Positions 61,566-64,000 of a stretch of DNA of 64,000 bases are shown in pieces. The DNA comes from Neophaeotheca triangularis (lineage: Eukaryota). A program made the position numbers and the translations under genes. Where the stretch lies: the NCBI GenBank assembly GCA_054600435.1, contig BAAIJX010000079.1, forward strand, positions 1 through 64,000. Direction: 5' to 3'. Position 1 is the first letter of the stretch, and every line of letters begins with the position of its first letter. The notes beneath the pieces are model-generated. The model was not told the origin of the DNA, did no database searches, and worked only from the letters and a program-made list of their open reading frames with translations.

Positions 61566-62044
61566 TTCTTATTACTATAGATTTAGTGTAGAGTAGTAGT
61601 AGTTATAGGTAGTTAAGTCTTTACCTTATACCGTCGTATAAGAGTAAGCAATATTACTTTAATATAACTATAGAGACTAGTAGGTAAGTGCTAGAATGTC
61701 CGCCGTAGACCCCTAAGACTTACTCCCCTAGTATATATATCTAAAAAGATCACTACCTTCTCTACCGCTTTAACTTAGTAACCGTCCTTAAGGCTATACT
61801 CGCTTACTAGCTTATCTACTAACTATATTAAGCTCTCTCTTATCATCCGGGTAACCTCCTTATACCTCTAGTCATTATTTAGTACTAACTAGGTCTCCTT
61901 TACCCCCTTACTAGGCTCTAAAACTAGAGTTTATTAAGGCCCTTATAGTATGTAGTACCGCATAAGGAAGGTTGTAAGCTCCTCTATGACCTTAATGTTA
62001 GCTTCTATCTAAGCGATGACGAGCTCGTCGAGCAGTCTGTTCAT
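61566..62044 (-). pseudogene. Harbinger DDE transposase, N-terminal part
   Basis: ATG at 62044 (MNRLLDELVIA); LKDG..VKAVEKVVIFL...SLRGLRRTF(Q)H(S); removing the Gypsy plus one TSD restores the frame ..SNKKL(W)PFFRG. Confidence 0.85.
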
Positions 62045-62437
62045 AAGAGTAACGCGTATAGCAAAAGCAGTATAGGTTTATAAGAGTAACGCGTATAGTA
62101 AAGGCAGTATGGCAAAAGCAGTATGGCAAAAGCAGTATAGCTTGTAGTAGACGGAGCTATATACACTTTCTATAAAAACACGAACAAGACACGACAGGGT
62201 ATGTACGAGCTATAGGCCATAGGACCATAGGGCTATAGGACTACGAAATACACCTCTAGGGGTGTATTTTGTGGCTCCAAAAAAGACTACGGTCCTATAG
62301 CTCTTAGTGGCTCTAGAGCCATGGCGGAGCTACCATACTACTACGAACAGTCGGAGCTACCAGAACTAGGACCGCTAAGGTACCCCCAAGGTACCTCCAA
62401 TTCACTAATTAGTAGCGAGCCGTGGTCATGGTCCTAG

Positions 62438-62475
62438 GACTACCGTGGTCCTAAACCCTAACTGCGAACAGGCCC
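62438..62475 (-). repeat. Harbinger right TIR
   Basis: Reverse complement GGGCCTGTTCGCAGTTAGGGTTTAGGACCACGGTAGTC. Confidence 0.95.
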
Positions 62476-63393
62476 TTAGTACTAAGTTCCTAAGGAGGTG
62501 GACCTTGTACTTCTAGGTGGCGTCTTTTATCTAATTGGCTGAAGGTTGCTTGTAGGGTTAGAGTTGTAGTCTTGAGCCACTCTAACACTAACCCTATGGT
62601 GGACTAGTGACACCTTCTTTTTGACGACGGTAAGGTATTGATACTGACAGTATTGACTAGAGGTATTAGAATCGCTAAGACAGGTTAGGAAACACAGCTG
62701 AGTATTGGTGTGGAGTGATCAAACAACTCTTACCGCTAATTTACCTTATAAAGACATCGCGACTTGGGAAAACCAACTTGAGGCTCTCTCCCAAGCCCAG
62801 CTCATCCGTCGAGAGGCAGCGTCGGCGTATCAAATGACGACTCACAAGACAGACGTCCAAGAACACGATACTTGTATACCTAATGAAGGACGCCAACGCA
62901 TACGAGGGAAGACAACACGATTGTAAAGCACCCGCCGCCCCGTCCAGCCTTGCAGCACAAGATGATTCGCCACCCAACCTACCCAGGCAGTAAGGTAGCC
63001 GCCCGGATGCCTTTGCAGAAGCACTGCAGCAATCCTCAATCTATGCAATAATGTTAGCAGCCACCGACCTTCGCTTGACGGACGCGCCGCCTGGCCTGCG
63101 GATGACCGGTGTAGCTCGAGCCCCTCACGCGGTCAGGACTCACAGGCTCGGCCTCCTCTTCTGCAACCGGTGAACCAAGCTCCCCGAGCTCCATCAGTCG
63201 CGTAGCCGCTGCCACGCTGCTCCACGCGTGCCTGGGCATGTGAAGAAGCTGGTTATATGTCGACAGCCCCCGCTGTCCAGTGTCGTCTACTTGTCTTGTC
63301 GATGAGCTATCGTTTCTTTCACTTTCGCCCTACCGGTTCGCAGTGTTTACCACTGCTTACTCCTGTTTCTCGCTCCCTCTCGCAGCTGCAAGT

Positions 63394-64000
63394 ATGGCAG
63401 CCGAACATGGTATAGAGGACGACGCCCAAGTCGCATCAGCAAGCATAGCAGCCCAGCGTGGCATGGAGGACGACACCCAAGACTTAGATCTCGCACACAG
63501 TCTATCGTTCCAATCTTCCTCTTCAGTCTTCGCTGACATGGGCCAGATGTCTGGAGAAGCAACAGGGTCAGAAGACTGGAGGCGCTACACTTTCTTCGAG
63601 AACTTTGGTTGATCCAGGTTGACGACGATGGAGACGTCAAGGATAGAGAAATGCAATCATCTGAATGTGACAGCAAACACGCGGTGAGTACCGACAAGGG
63701 GAAGCGGAAACAGACAGAAGATGTCGGCAGTGGATTCTGCAAGCAAGAAGCAATACACACCCGCGACAATGGATGTCATCGGAGCAATGCTACGGAATCG
63801 GAGGCGGACACATCCGCACATGATGAGCCAGACTACCCTCACAACAAGTACCCAGTGGGCTACGACTGTGAAACAATTGACGCTATTCGGATGTCTCTTG
63901 GTGAGGACTTTGAGTCAGACCCTTCACCACCCCTGGAGTTTGAAAAAGGCTGCCGGAACCCAAATTGCACCTACGAGCACTCATCGTTGAGCTGCAAGAG
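63394..64000 (+). CDS. Hypothetical acidic protein, 5' part, runs off the window
   Basis: ATG 63394 (MAAEHGIEDD), possible short intron near 63500-63546 (weak GTCTAT donor, GCTGAC branch, CAG acceptor), then an open frame LEALHFLRELWLIQVDDDGD...DKGKRKQ... to the window end; no recognisable family. Confidence 0.4.

Larger units (their letters stand above)
46715..62475. mobile_element. PIF/Harbinger DNA transposon, RIP-inactivated; about 3.4 kb once the nested Gypsy is removed
   Basis: 38-bp TIRs starting GGGCC, TTA duplication at 46712-46714 and 62476-62478, Myb/SANT-like ORF plus DDE_Tnp_4-type transposase. Confidence 0.95.

Overview
Fungal (filamentous ascomycete, probably Dothideomycete-like; inferred) genomic DNA in two parts. 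Bases 1-46 kb are a gene-dense, intron-containing housekeeping block: formamidase, RED-like protein, an FKBP-STIMATE fusion, Zn alcohol dehydrogenase, tyrosinase, Ssr4/DUF1750, Cdc25, Pol5, Alg9, Naf1, a HAD hydrolase, the divergent H4/H3 pair, an Mpv17 protein, Exo5 and tRNA-Lys(CTT), with many simple repeats. Bases 46.7-62.5 kb are a RIP-mutated nest of two transposons. The outer one is a 3.4-kb PIF/Harbinger DNA transposon (38-bp TIRs, TTA target duplication, Myb/SANT-like ORF plus DDE transposase). Its transposase is split by a complete 12.36-kb chromodomain Ty3/Gypsy element (161-bp LTRs, TTCTT target duplication). The Gypsy element is the unusual object. It has (i) inverted arrays of an AAACCG motif with 19-bp phasing and variable spacers just inside both LTRs; (ii) no polypurine tract but a PBS-like site 2 nt inside each LTR; (iii) in-frame gag and pol separated by TGA-CTA-G, a classic readthrough context; and (iv) an extra ~980-codon ORF after the chromodomain that ends in a SUMO-interaction-like motif. 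All protein identifications are by motif recognition, translations of RIPed ORFs were done by hand, and no database search was run.
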